64,000 nucleotides of DNA from an uncultured Nitrososphaerota archaeon (GCA_963824385.1 CAWGPD010000004.1:128001-192000), one strand, 5' to 3'. Positions 30,233 through 40,822 are shown, numbered from the stretch's first letter. Program-made: numbers and translations. Notes: a model not told the origin generated them from the letters alone.

Positions 30233-30466
30233 TTATTTTAAATTTTTATGAGTACCATCGCAGAATGGTCTGTTTTTTGATTGCTGACAACCGCATGCGT
30301 GAATGATAGTCTCTTTATCATATGTCATAACTTTGGGTATAATTCCAGAGTCCTTGTGTGAGCCATCACAGTATGGACCGTTCTTTGATTTTCCACACAT
30401 GCAAAATGCAATTGTCTCTCCTGCCTTTGCTTTAATTTCAAATGGATGGTCTTGCCAGCCAGTCAT
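30233..30466 (-). CDS. tandem CDGSH [2Fe-2S] protein
   Basis: CMCGKSKNGPYCDGSH and CGCQQSKNRPFCDGTH. Confidence 0.92.
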   Translation of the reverse strand: MTGWQDHPFEIKAKAGETIAFCMCGKSKNGPYCDGSHKDSGIIPKVMTYDKETIIHACGCQQSKNRPFCDGTHKNLK

Positions 30467-30524
30467 TATATGCTTGATTATTTCACAGTATTTAGGATTT
30501 ATTCATTATAAGCACCTAATGGTT

Positions 30525-30659
30525 CTAAAGTGGCGGAGCAGATGCAGTACCGCCACATCTAGTACACGGTCTTGATGTGAACGGCTCTCCAAGCTTCATA
30601 GTTACTTTAAACTGAGTTTTACATTTGCCACATGTGTATGGAACTTGGACTGTTGTCAT
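30525..30659 (-). CDS. 44-aa zinc-ribbon microprotein
   Basis: MTTVQVPYTCGKCKTQF...PCTRCGG. Confidence 0.7.
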   Translation of the reverse strand: MTTVQVPYTCGKCKTQFKVTMKLGEPFTSRPCTRCGGTASAPPL

Positions 30660-30752
30660 GTTGTATAGAAAAAATTCTTTTGTTGGTATAAGTGTTAGGA
30701 AGAGAGTCAAAGGAACTTTATAAATAAAATTAAACTGGATTTACTCTCAGAC

Positions 30753-31073
30753 CTATTGTCCTGAAAGCATCTTTGCAATATGCTCATCTTGCTCCAATGC
30801 GGATTTTAATGATTGTAGTGGAGTAACTTTCCATTTTACCATTCCCCAAAACGGAATATCTCTTAGCATTTTTCCAAGTTCTTCAGGAGATGATGCGTCC
30901 ATTACAAATGCGCCTGCTCGTTGTCCTGCCAAAAGTCCTCCTTTAATCTTGTTTTCTGATTCCAACTTTATTAGTTGTTCATAGCTTGGAATCACTATAT
31001 GGTTGATGTAATCTGGCACATCCTTCATTGGAATTAGGCCATCTATGTTCTCAGATTCTACCAGAAACTGCAT
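30753..31073 (-). CDS. dimeric alpha/beta-barrel protein (muconolactone isomerase/DUF3303-like)
   Basis: MQFLVE...GGLLAGQRAGAFVMDASS.EEL...L..IPFW....W.VTPL. Confidence 0.7.
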   Translation of the reverse strand: MQFLVESENIDGLIPMKDVPDYINHIVIPSYEQLIKLESENKIKGGLLAGQRAGAFVMDASSPEELGKMLRDIPFWGMVKWKVTPLQSLKSALEQDEHIAKMLSGQ

Positions 31074-31221
31074 GCAATATCATGGTATCAAGATTAGATA
31101 AGACTTGCTTGTGACAGTATAAATCATGTAAATTAATTCAAAAAACTAGGATTAAATTTTTGACAATAATTCTAATTAATCACAATAGGAATATGTGAAC
31201 AGTTGAAAATTTGACTTTCAA

Positions 31222-33129
31222 TTACTTTGAGTTATTCTTAACTGATGCTGTATTAACTACAAATGTTTCAGAGCCACTACCAGAGATGTATCCAGATTTT
31301 GTTGCAGTTGCACTTGCAGTATATGTACCAGTTGGGGCAGATTTTGAAATTGAATATGTGAAAGTTAATTGTCCGTTAGCGCCAGTCGTTCCAGTTCCTT
31401 GCGCTACACTTCCATTTGAAGCTGTTACCTTTAATGTAACTGATGCTCCACTAACTGGAGTTGAATTACTGGTAACTCCTACAGTAAAAGTATCAGTAGA
31501 ACCTTGTGTAAATGTTCCAGCAGATGTAACTGAAACAGATAGTGATGGAGTTATTGTAACTGGGATAGAAACTGAATTAGTTAGGGTGCCATCAGTTCCA
31601 GATATTGTGATTGTAGTAGATGCAGTGGGTGTAAAACTAAGAGTTGTAGTAACACTTCCGGAAGCAGGTACAACAACAGAAGTTGGACTAATTGAGCCAG
31701 ATGAAGGAGTCAGTGTAACAGTTCCCGTATAACCACCTATTGATGTAACAGCAATAGTTGAAGTTTGAGGTGTGTTAGGAGATACTGTAAAGGATGAAGG
31801 ACTTGCAGAGATTGTAAAGCTAGGCGTTGGCGGAATTGTAAGATGTGAAATTAAATTATTTGCCTGTGGACTGCCAAGACCTGTTACTTCGTCATAACCT
31901 ACTGCTGCATTACATACTGCGCCACAGTTTCCGTTGCTGCCAGATGTAATATCATGATAGTTAGTGCCATACAAGCTACCTACTGCAGAACCATACAAGG
32001 CATTACTTGTTCCGTATGAGGCAGATGCGAGATTTGCATTTTTACTATTTGCTATTGCGGAAAGTGCAGCCCATTGTGGAGCGCCAGCACTTGTGCCTCC
32101 AACAATCCACCAGCCGCTTTCACCGTTAATTAGAACACTGTCATATACATATACACCAGTATTTGGATTACCGTCATATGCTACATCTGGAACTGTCCTT
32201 TTGGTATTTGTGTTAAAATTATTCTGATAACTTGGTTTTGGTTCATATGCACTGACACCGCCTCCGCTGTCTGTCCAAGCAGTTTCACTTACCCAATTAC
32301 CTGAAGTGCCAGTAGTCAGTGTAGTTCCACCTACAGATATTACATAAGGAGAGGCTGCTGGCCAGTAAACACCATGACCGCCATCTCCGGATGATACAAA
32401 GAAGCTTGTTTTTGCAGTGTTGTAATGATAATCATAACTAGACTCGGTTGAAAATTCGCTGCCTCCCCAGCTGTTAGACACCTGTTGTGCTCCAGTTCCT
32501 ACTGCTGTATCTACTGCAGAAAGAAGGTTACCAAGTGAACTGGTAGACGCTTCTACAAGGACAATCTTTGCACCCGGTGCTATAGAATGAGCCCATTGTA
32601 CGTCAAGTGAGATTTCCAGTGCCCAGCCAGAATCAGTCGATGAGGTTCCTTGGGGAGTAGATTTTGTAAAGCAGCCATTAGCAGTAGTACATGCAGGTAA
32701 ATTAAATTGCGAATCAAAGGTATTAAGATCATTTGCAACGTTTGGATCATCATATGCATCTACAATTGCAATTGTTTGACCATGACCACAAAGCAATGGA
32801 TCAGTTGCATCAGTTGTAGTTGTATAAGTACAGCCCATACTGTTGAAACCATAAGCGGTCTGAATAATTGCAGGAGCATCGCCACCAGACAAACTAACAC
32901 CTTGTAAGTGGCCAATGAATTTTTTGATGTGTGCTGGATGATGTTCCTCAATCTGTAGTGGATTACCAGGACTTGCAGATTGGATTGAAAGACCAGTGTT
33001 AGACATCAATCCGCCAGGACCGTTGATTTCATCTATTCCAGGCATGGCAAGTGCACCACTGCCAGCAAGACTTGAACTTAGTAACAATAACGAAATAACC
33101 GGGATTACAAAGATTGCCTTTAGCACCAT
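31222..33129 (-). CDS. secreted S53 (sedolisin-like) peptidase with C-terminal Ig-like domains
   Basis: Signal peptide; WALEISLDVQW (E-x3-D), SSGDGG, GGTSAGAP, GYDEVTGLGSP; Ser/Thr-rich beta domains. Confidence 0.92.
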   Translation of the reverse strand: MVLKAIFVIPVISLLLLSSSLAGSGALAMPGIDEINGPGGLMSNTGLSIQSASPGNPLQIEEHHPAHIKKFIGHLQGVSLSGGDAPAIIQTAYGFNSMGCTYTTTTDATDPLLCGHGQTIAIVDAYDDPNVANDLNTFDSQFNLPACTTANGCFTKSTPQGTSSTDSGWALEISLDVQWAHSIAPGAKIVLVEASTSSLGNLLSAVDTAVGTGAQQVSNSWGGSEFSTESSYDYHYNTAKTSFFVSSGDGGHGVYWPAASPYVISVGGTTLTTGTSGNWVSETAWTDSGGGVSAYEPKPSYQNNFNTNTKRTVPDVAYDGNPNTGVYVYDSVLINGESGWWIVGGTSAGAPQWAALSAIANSKNANLASASYGTSNALYGSAVGSLYGTNYHDITSGSNGNCGAVCNAAVGYDEVTGLGSPQANNLISHLTIPPTPSFTISASPSSFTVSPNTPQTSTIAVTSIGGYTGTVTLTPSSGSISPTSVVVPASGSVTTTLSFTPTASTTITISGTDGTLTNSVSIPVTITPSLSVSVTSAGTFTQGSTDTFTVGVTSNSTPVSGASVTLKVTASNGSVAQGTGTTGANGQLTFTYSISKSAPTGTYTASATATKSGYISGSGSETFVVNTASVKNNSK

Positions 33130-33247
33130 TGTTGGCTCTTTGCCAAGTATACTTAAAAGCATTACTTAACTTCAAGCAGTTTCATCTAGTCAAAAAATTT
33201 GGACATTACCTCATTCTTTGAGAATATAGACACCAGTTCACTAATAA

Positions 33248-33808
33248 CTAGAGTTTAAACAAATTATTATTTTTTCGTGAGACAAATACGATGGATACCA
33301 CTATAGATAGTGTAAATATCGCTATGGAAATAGAAGGAAATTCTGGAATAGTCGTACTGTCAGATATATCAAAGGTAAACAATTTTGAGACTGTTTGCGA
33401 TTGATTTCCAGAATTATATGAGAATGTTACATTTGCGTTTGTAGTTCCAGGTGAAGTTGCAGTAAACAAGTTGGCAGAACCTGGTCCAACTACAGTAGTG
33501 TTCTGTCCGGGTTTAAGATTTGTATTAAATATTGCAAAGCATCCCATTGCTTGACCTATCTGCACATTCTTATCAAAAGTTATAGAAAGTGGAGACAGAC
33601 ATCCTCCATTAAAGTTGATTGCACTAGGAGAATTATTTACTATTGTTGCATTAATTGCAATAGGAACTCCAACATGAATCTGGGACGGACTAGAATGAAT
33701 ATTTGTAAGTTCTATTTCTTGTCCAAAAGCTGGCAAACCTCCAAAAAAGCAAACAACAGAAATCAACGGTAATAACATAATTATTTTTTGCAAGTTCATA
33801 AGTTTCAT
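33248..33808 (-). CDS. PEF-CTERM (IPEFP) surface protein
   Basis: Signal peptide, beta-rich domain with a Cys pair, IPEFP + TM + RK. Confidence 0.82.
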   Translation of the reverse strand: MKLMNLQKIIMLLPLISVVCFFGGLPAFGQEIELTNIHSSPSQIHVGVPIAINATIVNNSPSAINFNGGCLSPLSITFDKNVQIGQAMGCFAIFNTNLKPGQNTTVVGPGSANLFTATSPGTTNANVTFSYNSGNQSQTVSKLFTFDISDSTTIPEFPSISIAIFTLSIVVSIVFVSRKNNNLFKL

Positions 33809-33946
33809 ATTTGTATTATTTCATAAATGGCTCTTAAAGGATTGGATTACATAAGATGTGTCGGTTGTTTAATAGTTACATCAACCAGGTTTGTGCATTT
33901 ACCACATGTGCTCAAAACTTGTACATTTTCAATACTTTAAAAAAAA

Positions 33947-34147
33947 TTAAGAAGAGTCTGCCGGCACTAAACTTTTAGGTCGCGGATTAAACTTGCTGAC
34001 AATGTATTGTACCTTGTCATCACCTTCTGGCATTGGATTTGCACATCTACCGCATTTTGGTAAAACTACAACTGCATCAGCATCTATTTCGCCTATGAAT
34101 CTATCACATTGTGAACAGTGAACTGATTTTTTATCATAAATATTCAT
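33947..34147 (-). CDS. small CxxC..CxxC zinc-finger protein
   Basis: CSQCDRFIGE...KCGRCANP. Confidence 0.78.
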   Translation of the reverse strand: MNIYDKKSVHCSQCDRFIGEIDADAVVVLPKCGRCANPMPEGDDKVQYIVSKFNPRPKSLVPADSS

Positions 34148-34282
34148 GATTTATTATAGTAGATCTTGATGATAAGTTTGTAGTATGCACTGCCGTGCAA
34201 AAATTAATTTTTCAATTATAAAATCAAATTATATTTTTTAACATTGAGAATTCCTTTAGTACTTTGATTGCGTAAGGATGTC

Positions 34283-34654
34283 ATGACTATGGACACAATT
34301 CTTGAAAGCATAATGCACACGGACAAGCATATTAGATATGCTACAATTGCTGACATTCAAGGAAATGAAATCAAGACTCGAGTAAGAGAAGGAATAGAAC
34401 CATTTCTAAATCCTCAAGATACAAAAGAGACGCTACAGTATGCGGCAAACGCATGGAAGATTAGAAGGACGTTTGAGCCAAAGATTGGAAAAGGTCAGTA
34501 TGTTTTAGCAGTATATGAGAAGCTAAGACGATTGACAATGCCGCTTGCAGACAAGTATCTTATCATGATTACTTGGGGACCAGATGGTGGAACATCGGAT
34601 ATAATAGAACATATGCAAAACATGTTCTCTGGCGATGCAACAAAAGACTGGTAA
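34283..34654 (+). CDS. thaumarchaeal roadblock/profilin-like protein (DUF6659-like)
   Basis: D.HIRYATI.D..G...R.G..PFL...IG...Y....YEKL.R.T.P pattern. Confidence 0.72.
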   Translation: MTMDTILESIMHTDKHIRYATIADIQGNEIKTRVREGIEPFLNPQDTKETLQYAANAWKIRRTFEPKIGKGQYVLAVYEKLRRLTMPLADKYLIMITWGPDGGTSDIIEHMQNMFSGDATKDW

Positions 34655-34818
34655 ATTTCCATTCAGATATTTTTTCGTATAATCATATCATAAGATATGC
34701 AAGTTTTGAAAGTAACTTGTTTCCAAAACCAGATTATAATACAATAAAGATTCAAAATTTATTTTAATTATTAGAATAAACTATTTTGTGCAAGATATAA
34801 TTCTAAAATAATCAGATT

Positions 34819-35115
34819 TTAAAACAAGGATTCTACAGATTTTAACGCATTCCATACTGGTGCTACATGACCAAATTCATCAAAAGCCAATTGTCTGGTT
34901 TCTCTTATCTTCTTCTTGTTATCAGGATCATCCCTTAATAAGACTACCAAATCTTCTAGCCTGTCTGCCAACTTTGACTGGTCTTCCGAGTCTACGTTTT
35001 GAATTGATTTTATCTCATCAGCTGTTAGAACGGTTGACTGTTTTTTTGATTTAGATAAGGTTCTAATTATTTCATCAATTTTCAGAATTGTTGCATCCTT
35101 GTCCAATAATTGCAA
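34819..35115 (-). CDS. hypothetical helical protein
   Basis: 98-aa ORF. Confidence 0.65.
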   Translation of the reverse strand: MQLLDKDATILKIDEIIRTLSKSKKQSTVLTADEIKSIQNVDSEDQSKLADRLEDLVVLLRDDPDNKKKIRETRQLAFDEFGHVAPVWNALKSVESLF

Positions 35116-35208
35116 TGATGAAAATCCATTATTTAAATTGAGATCTTCATCCGTTGTTCCTTAACGTAGTTAGATGTTCAGAGGGTATAATTTATTTTGA
35201 ATTATTCT

Positions 35209-36216
35209 TTACAGTCCTATACTGTTGATTGCATTTCCAGAATTTGCATCAACTATGAGAATTATCTTTTTACCCTTGTGGTCATACTGGGCAAACCATA
35301 TTGGAACATGCAACAATTCTCCACTTGCAACTTCTTCCTGTGTCTCCATTTGTCTAATCATGTGGTATTTTGCATGAACTCTCTGCGACTGGATTTGATC
35401 AACTATATTTTTGGCCTGGCTTTTTGCAGCATCCTCATTGATATCGCCGTTTAATACCTTGATTGACTTTGGAATCTTTTTTGAGTCAAAATCAGTTTTT
35501 TGATCAAATGAAAACTCGTAACCATGAGGTTGATACGCTGTTAATGATTTTACTGCTACAACAGGACAGTTGTAGATTTCATCAAAAGTATATGCCTTGG
35601 TTGCATTGTTATTCATCATTCCACCTCCTCCCATCATAGTACCAAACAACATGCCGCTCATCATTCCACCTCCATATCCACCTCTTCTACCTCCACCACT
35701 CATTGCTCCCCCCATCATACCTGCCATGGCAGCAGTGGCAGCAAGGCTTCCAATTTCTACTGCAATATCTGTTGCAATCAGATTTGTTTTTGCAGTTACA
35801 GGTACAACCCAGTATGGCACCATTAGAAAGTCAAGTTCTTCAAGCACCGAACTTTCCTGAAGATGCCTATGCAAAAGTCCCTTGTCTATCATCTGGTGCA
35901 ATCTTGTAGTTATCTGATCCTGATCAGAAATTATTATTGGCAGCATGTAATGCTTTGTAATATTTTGCCATCCAGTGCTTTCTAAACTGATGCTGCTTCC
36001 GCAATACTCACATGATATGACCATCTCTCCAAATTTTGGAGTTATAGGTGCACCGCAACTGGAGCATTTTACTTGCTGGGCTTCAGGACTTGAATCCTGT
36101 TTTGCAGCTGGATTTGCATCTTGTTTTGCAGGTGTAATTGGAGTTTGTTTTGTACCGCATTTTATACAATAGACTGCATCATCTGCAAGCTGTAGACCAC
36201 ATTTAACACAAAACAT
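35209..36216 (-). CDS. double zinc-ribbon protein with Gly/Met-rich hydrophobic hairpin (YdjG-like)
   Basis: FCVKCG..YCIKCG; CSSCGAP..CEYCG; VPYWVV; HVPIWF..Y...VDANSG. Confidence 0.8.
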   Translation of the reverse strand: MFCVKCGLQLADDAVYCIKCGTKQTPITPAKQDANPAAKQDSSPEAQQVKCSSCGAPITPKFGEMVISCEYCGSSISLESTGWQNITKHYMLPIIISDQDQITTRLHQMIDKGLLHRHLQESSVLEELDFLMVPYWVVPVTAKTNLIATDIAVEIGSLAATAAMAGMMGGAMSGGGRRGGYGGGMMSGMLFGTMMGGGGMMNNNATKAYTFDEIYNCPVVAVKSLTAYQPHGYEFSFDQKTDFDSKKIPKSIKVLNGDINEDAAKSQAKNIVDQIQSQRVHAKYHMIRQMETQEEVASGELLHVPIWFAQYDHKGKKIILIVDANSGNAINSIGL

Positions 36217-36225
36217 ATCTTTGAA

Positions 36226-37295
36226 TTATTTTATTGCATTCCCACAATGTGAACAAAATTTAGAATCAACTGCAATTATACTATTACATTTTGGACAGGT
36301 TATACCTTGAGTTTTTGTACAGTCTGCCGCGTATCTGCTCCACAACTAGGACAAAAGTTACTTGCCACTGGCATCATCATACTACACTTGGGACACTGTT
36401 TCATTGGAGGTTGATACAATCCCTGACCCATCTGTCCGGCCATTGCATATCCAATTCCAGAACCTGCTCCAAACCCGACTCCAAGTCCAGCCATAGAGCC
36501 TGCGCCTCCTGACGGATTTTTTGCAGCCTCCGTCATTGCTTGACCTGCCTGATATTGCATGTAATTTACTCCAAGTACAGACATCTCTCCTTTTGTATTG
36601 ATTGCCTTTTGTACCTCATCTGGAAGATTGATTGTAAGCCCAGAAATCTTGTTTATTTCAATTCCATATTGTCCAAAACTTGATGGCGCGTTTGATAAAA
36701 CAACTTGTTCTATATTTTGCAAGTTTGATGCTATATCAGTAACTTTGAGTCCGTTTTCTTTCATCTTTCCCAGTGCATTGAAGACTAGAAGTACCAGTTG
36801 TTCTTTGAGCCTAGATTCAACTGCATCAGATGTCTGTATTGCAAACGTTCCAACAAATTGATTAATAAAATTCTCTGGTGATGATATCTTCCATCTAAAC
36901 TCTCCAAACACTCTCAAGTTTACCATGCCAAACACTGGGTCTACAAACTGGTAAGGACCCTGTGAACCAAATTTTCCATCAAGATACCTATTTTGTAAAT
37001 AATAAACTTCAGCTGCTTGGACAACTCCTGTGAAAAATTTTAACAGTCCACCAACAATGGGAGCATTAAAGTCTGTCAGGGCATATCTATTTGGCTTGTC
37101 AAAATAAGTCAGCACCTTGCCATCTCTAAAAAATACTGCAATCTCATCTTCTCTTACTACGATATTATCATTGAGTCTGATGAGTCGTGGAGCCTTCCAC
37201 ATTATGTTGCCTTCCTTGTATTTTGATTCCCACTCCATAGTAGTTGAACCGGCTACACTTCCTCCTAGACTAGGTTCTTTTTTTCTTCCAAACAT
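36226..37295 (-). CDS. SPFH/Band7 domain protein (YdjI-like) with C-terminal double zinc ribbon (1-nt deletion near 36315)
   Basis: VVREDEIAVFFRDG, F.DP.FG.V.LR.FG, INLPDEVQKAI, GLGVGFGAG; CPKC..FCPSCG and, in the shifted frame, CPKC..FCSHCG. Confidence 0.9.
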
Positions 37296-37331
37296 TTTAC
37301 TTACACCTCATGTAGTTTGTCACCATTTTTA

Positions 37332-37871
37332 TCACTTTGTAACTAGAATATTTTCTACAGAGTCTAGTCTTTTCTTCCATGACATGTCAAGGGCATCCAG
37401 CAGTGATAAAATTTGTGAGGCAATGTCTGGGATTTGTCTACCAGTGTTGTAATCAGATATGGAATTTGAACACGTTGTAAAGATTTGCTCAGATGCATTG
37501 ACTGAATCAAAATCATATTCATAGAGCTTGTTGAGAACTCCCTCGTCTATTCGTATATTGGGAGATATTCCCGCAGAACCCTGCTGAGCGTGCTGTATTG
37601 CTCCAGATACTTGCTGGATTTGAGATATTGTATTTCCCATAATAGTAAGATTGGCAAAATCATTTTTTGCAGTCATTGTTTTTCTTAGCTCTTCAAGTTT
37701 TATCTTGGAGTCATCTAGTTTGCCAGAGATCTGCTTTCTTAGCAACTGGTCGGCAGCTCTGATATCTTCAAGTTTGCGGTATTCTCGAAGAGCAGGAATT
37801 TTTAATTGTAATTTTTTTAGCGTTCCCCTATTGTCTTCTACTGTTTTTCGAATATCGGGGGTTTCAGACAT
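37332..37871 (-). CDS. helical-bundle protein heading the SPFH operon
   Basis: KIP..REY...EDIRAADQLLR...G.AG.....IDE..L.KLYEYD; 36 bp upstream of the SPFH gene. Confidence 0.8.
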   Translation of the reverse strand: MSETPDIRKTVEDNRGTLKKLQLKIPALREYRKLEDIRAADQLLRKQISGKLDDSKIKLEELRKTMTAKNDFANLTIMGNTISQIQQVSGAIQHAQQGSAGISPNIRIDEGVLNKLYEYDFDSVNASEQIFTTCSNSISDYNTGRQIPDIASQILSLLDALDMSWKKRLDSVENILVTK

Positions 37872-37966
37872 TATATCATAGTTGATATTACAAAACTTAA
37901 AGATTCCGTAGAATCAGACTTTGATTACATCCCATTTTTAATTCGAGTCGCGAGTTATTTTCACGT

Positions 37967-39520
37967 CTAGCATTTGAAATTTTCCATCTGCTTTTGCAAT
38001 GAATCCAACTGTGAATACATTTGCAGATCTTGTTGATAGCTTTGCTGAGATATAGCTATTTTTGGCAAGTTATTGTATTGTATCTCTAGTGCATTGAATT
38101 GTTGTTGTAATGCATTATACTGTCCAATTTGGTTTACGGTACATGCATAATCTACATTGGGAGATTTGAATCCGTCTTGAACCATAGGAGTTGTTTTTGT
38201 AATAGAATATGATGTAAATGGAAATTGTTCTGCGCCATTTTGCAAGAATGCAACCATGGTGTAAACACCTCCTTGCGTGATAAACGGAGATAGGTCAAAT
38301 GAAGTATCTACATAGTTACCCATCTGTACCATCGTATTTGCAATCTCCAAAGTTTCATTACTTGGCTGATAGTATGAACCGGTTACAGGAGGTGGCACTA
38401 TAGTTACAAGTTGATTTCCTAGTTTGTAAAAACCATCATTTTTGTGCACTTCATAGGTCTGCTTTGTAGGAAGAGGATCATAGAATATTCCAATACTTAG
38501 CAATGAGCCAGTTTTTAGATTTCCTGAAAAAGTTACAACGCCATTGTTTTCAGAAGGTGACTTTATAAAACTCATATAATTATTTTCAAAGTTCTGGGTC
38601 ATGAAAAAGGAATACTTGGTATATGCAATACCAATGCTTACGTCAGTGTGATATCTATCCAAAATATTATCCCTGTGTCCGTTGTTACAACATACTAGAT
38701 CATTATTCATCATACTAGATTCACTCTTTTGAATCTCAGTTTTTGGGTCAAGTGCTGGACAAAGTACTAGAGTATCTTGGCATGCCGAGGGGTTGTCATA
38801 TTTGGAATCTGCTGCATTTTGTGCTACATTTCCAAGTCCACCATATTTTGTATACACCATGTATGGCTTTTCACCATCTGACATGTAGTGTGATAATGTT
38901 TGTGTTTTCAACATGTCCTCCGCCTGTGCCTGGGCTGCTTGATTGTCACTCAGTGTAACAGGTGGCAACCCATTAGCTGCCCTATCATTGTTGATTAATT
39001 GTAATGCGTAATTTCTTAATTCAGCAAGTACTGCAGGGGACTGGGTAGTAGCTAGAGTTGGAATTGGAACCTGCGCCGTGTTACCATTGTTATTACTTCT
39101 GATTGGAGATATGTTTGATTGTAAAATTTGTGGTTTTTGGATTGTGTTACTTGGATTAGTTTGAGATGCGGCATTGTTTGTGGTTTGAGTATTACTAGGA
39201 TTAATTTGAGATGTAGTATTGTTTATGGTTTGAGCATTACTTGGCGCAGTGGGTTTATTTGCAAGTGTTGTGGCTTCTTTTTGAATTTGTTGTGATGTGT
39301 CTAATGCTTTCTCTGATACAAGATTAAGAAATTTCTGACCTAGATTACTTGTATTTGCATAATAAAATCCAGCAGATACAATCACACATATCATTAGAAC
39401 AGAAACTATCTTTGCAAGATTTTTTGTCTTGTGTGTAGAATTTCTCTCGTATCCACAATCTATGCAAACAAACCTTCCCTTTTGAGTGGTGATATAATTA
39501 TGATTTTTACATTCGGCCAA
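37967..39520 (-). CDS. membrane-anchored CAP (SCP) domain protein
   Basis: ALQLINNDRAANGL.PV.L, AQAQAEDM, LSH, GHRDNIL..YHTDVSIGI; N-terminal Zn-knuckle and TM helix. Confidence 0.88.
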   Translation of the reverse strand: MAECKNHNYITTQKGRFVCIDCGYERNSTHKTKNLAKIVSVLMICVIVSAGFYYANTSNLGQKFLNLVSEKALDTSQQIQKEATTLANKPTAPSNAQTINNTTSQINPSNTQTTNNAASQTNPSNTIQKPQILQSNISPIRSNNNGNTAQVPIPTLATTQSPAVLAELRNYALQLINNDRAANGLPPVTLSDNQAAQAQAEDMLKTQTLSHYMSDGEKPYMVYTKYGGLGNVAQNAADSKYDNPSACQDTLVLCPALDPKTEIQKSESSMMNNDLVCCNNGHRDNILDRYHTDVSIGIAYTKYSFFMTQNFENNYMSFIKSPSENNGVVTFSGNLKTGSLLSIGIFYDPLPTKQTYEVHKNDGFYKLGNQLVTIVPPPVTGSYYQPSNETLEIANTMVQMGNYVDTSFDLSPFITQGGVYTMVAFLQNGAEQFPFTSYSITKTTPMVQDGFKSPNVDYACTVNQIGQYNALQQQFNALEIQYNNLPKIAISQQSYQQDLQMYSQLDSLQKQMENFKC

Positions 39521-39568
39521 ATGAACTGACTCCCTATGTTACCAAAGTTACTTGAATTTGTTCTAGAG

Positions 39569-39796
39569 TCATCCTATTTTTCCTCCAGTTAGTTGATCAA
39601 TTTTAGATTTTAGATCGTAATGACTTGCATCTCCCAAAACTTTTTCAATTAAATTATCAGCCATTGGTTGTGCCTTGTCTCGGATCATAATAAAATCCTG
39701 ATAATATTGACTGGCATTTACTCCAGTATATGCAATAAAAGCCAAACCAAGTATGGCTATTACGATTATCTTGCCTATCATCTCAATCTGATTCAT
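39569..39796 (-). CDS. small membrane-anchored protein
   Basis: Hydrophobic N-terminus; upstream of and co-oriented with the CAP gene. Confidence 0.65.
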   Translation of the reverse strand: MNQIEMIGKIIVIAILGLAFIAYTGVNASQYYQDFIMIRDKAQPMADNLIEKVLGDASHYDLKSKIDQLTGGKIG

Positions 39797-39988
39797 TACA
39801 GCACTTGATTAGATTAAAGGTTTGTGTACCAATTATTAGTCTACTAATCAGTTATAGTCGGACATGTCATGTGAAACTAACTATCGATGGAATTTTGTTT
39901 CTTATCGAGGCATTATCATTTAATTTTTCAAAACCATGAGCGTGTAACAGAGTATGATAATTATACTAGCAAGCCAAGGATACCATAG

Positions 39989-40276
39989 TTGGATAAAATA
40001 GAATACGAAGGTACAGTCTGGGCAATTAACCATGGCTTGCCACAGCCATTACTTGACCATTGTATCAAAAAACTAGTCGATCATGGAGTAAAAAAAGAAG
40101 ATATTGTAATTACAGATGCTCCATCTGATGTTAAGGTTGGAACAGTCGTAGTTGATGTATACCCATATCACATTGAAGTGGGACGTGTAAGAACAACAAG
40201 AAATGACTCTTACATCAGCGGCAGTATAATGATTATAGAACTAAAGGCAGATCCCGAAGGCAAATACATCGATTAG
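39989..40276 (+). CDS. hypothetical protein
   Basis: 95-aa ORF with globular composition. Confidence 0.7.
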   Translation: MDKIEYEGTVWAINHGLPQPLLDHCIKKLVDHGVKKEDIVITDAPSDVKVGTVVVDVYPYHIEVGRVRTTRNDSYISGSIMIIELKADPEGKYID

Positions 40277-40362
40277 AATTCAAAAATCAATCATTCCATA
40301 AGTTGAATGTATCAATTACATACTGATCTATAAAGAGTACAAGCGTATTACGATAAAGCAGA

Positions 40363-40521
40363 ATGATTACATGCGCAATCTGTGGTAAAGATATGAAGTT
40401 TGTTGAAGGAGATATTATTCATGAGGAAAATTGGTATCATGGAGCATGTTTGAAGATAAAAAATATGAGTACTGATATTTGTATTCAAAGCAAATACCGC
40501 GAAAAAAACACACGGTATTAA
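40363..40521 (+). CDS. 52-aa zinc-finger microprotein (CxxC...HxxC)
   Basis: Manual translation MITCAICGKDMKFVEGDIIHEENWYHGACLKIKNMSTDICIQSKYREKNTRY*. Confidence 0.65.
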   Translation: MITCAICGKDMKFVEGDIIHEENWYHGACLKIKNMSTDICIQSKYREKNTRY

Positions 40522-40620
40522 ATTAAGCAAGATGTCGCAAACGTATCTACGAGACTTTGTGTAACATAGAATCACATACTCATCCCTAAAGATTGCCAAC
40601 TGTATTACAATACCATACAA

Positions 40621-40704
40621 ATGATTACATGTACAAACTGTGAAACCGTCCACATATCAGAATCTGCAATTGCATGTTCAGATTGTGGAAATATATTTGA
40701 ATAG
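40621..40704 (+). CDS. 27-aa zinc-ribbon microprotein
   Basis: Manual translation MITCTNCETVHISESAIACSDCGNIFE*. Confidence 0.55.
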   Translation: MITCTNCETVHISESAIACSDCGNIFE

Positions 40705-40822
40705 GCAAATTGCCTATAACCCCATTTTTGATTTTTTCAGATCATTTAGGATGTATTTAATTTTCAATATGCTCAAAAGTTCAAACGCATAATTATCTAC
40801 ATATTATAACATCAAACAAGAA

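Noticed and set aside
31211..31732. 173-aa Val/Pro-rich plus-strand ORF
   Set aside because: Antisense shadow of the Thr/Ser-rich tail of the S53 peptidase
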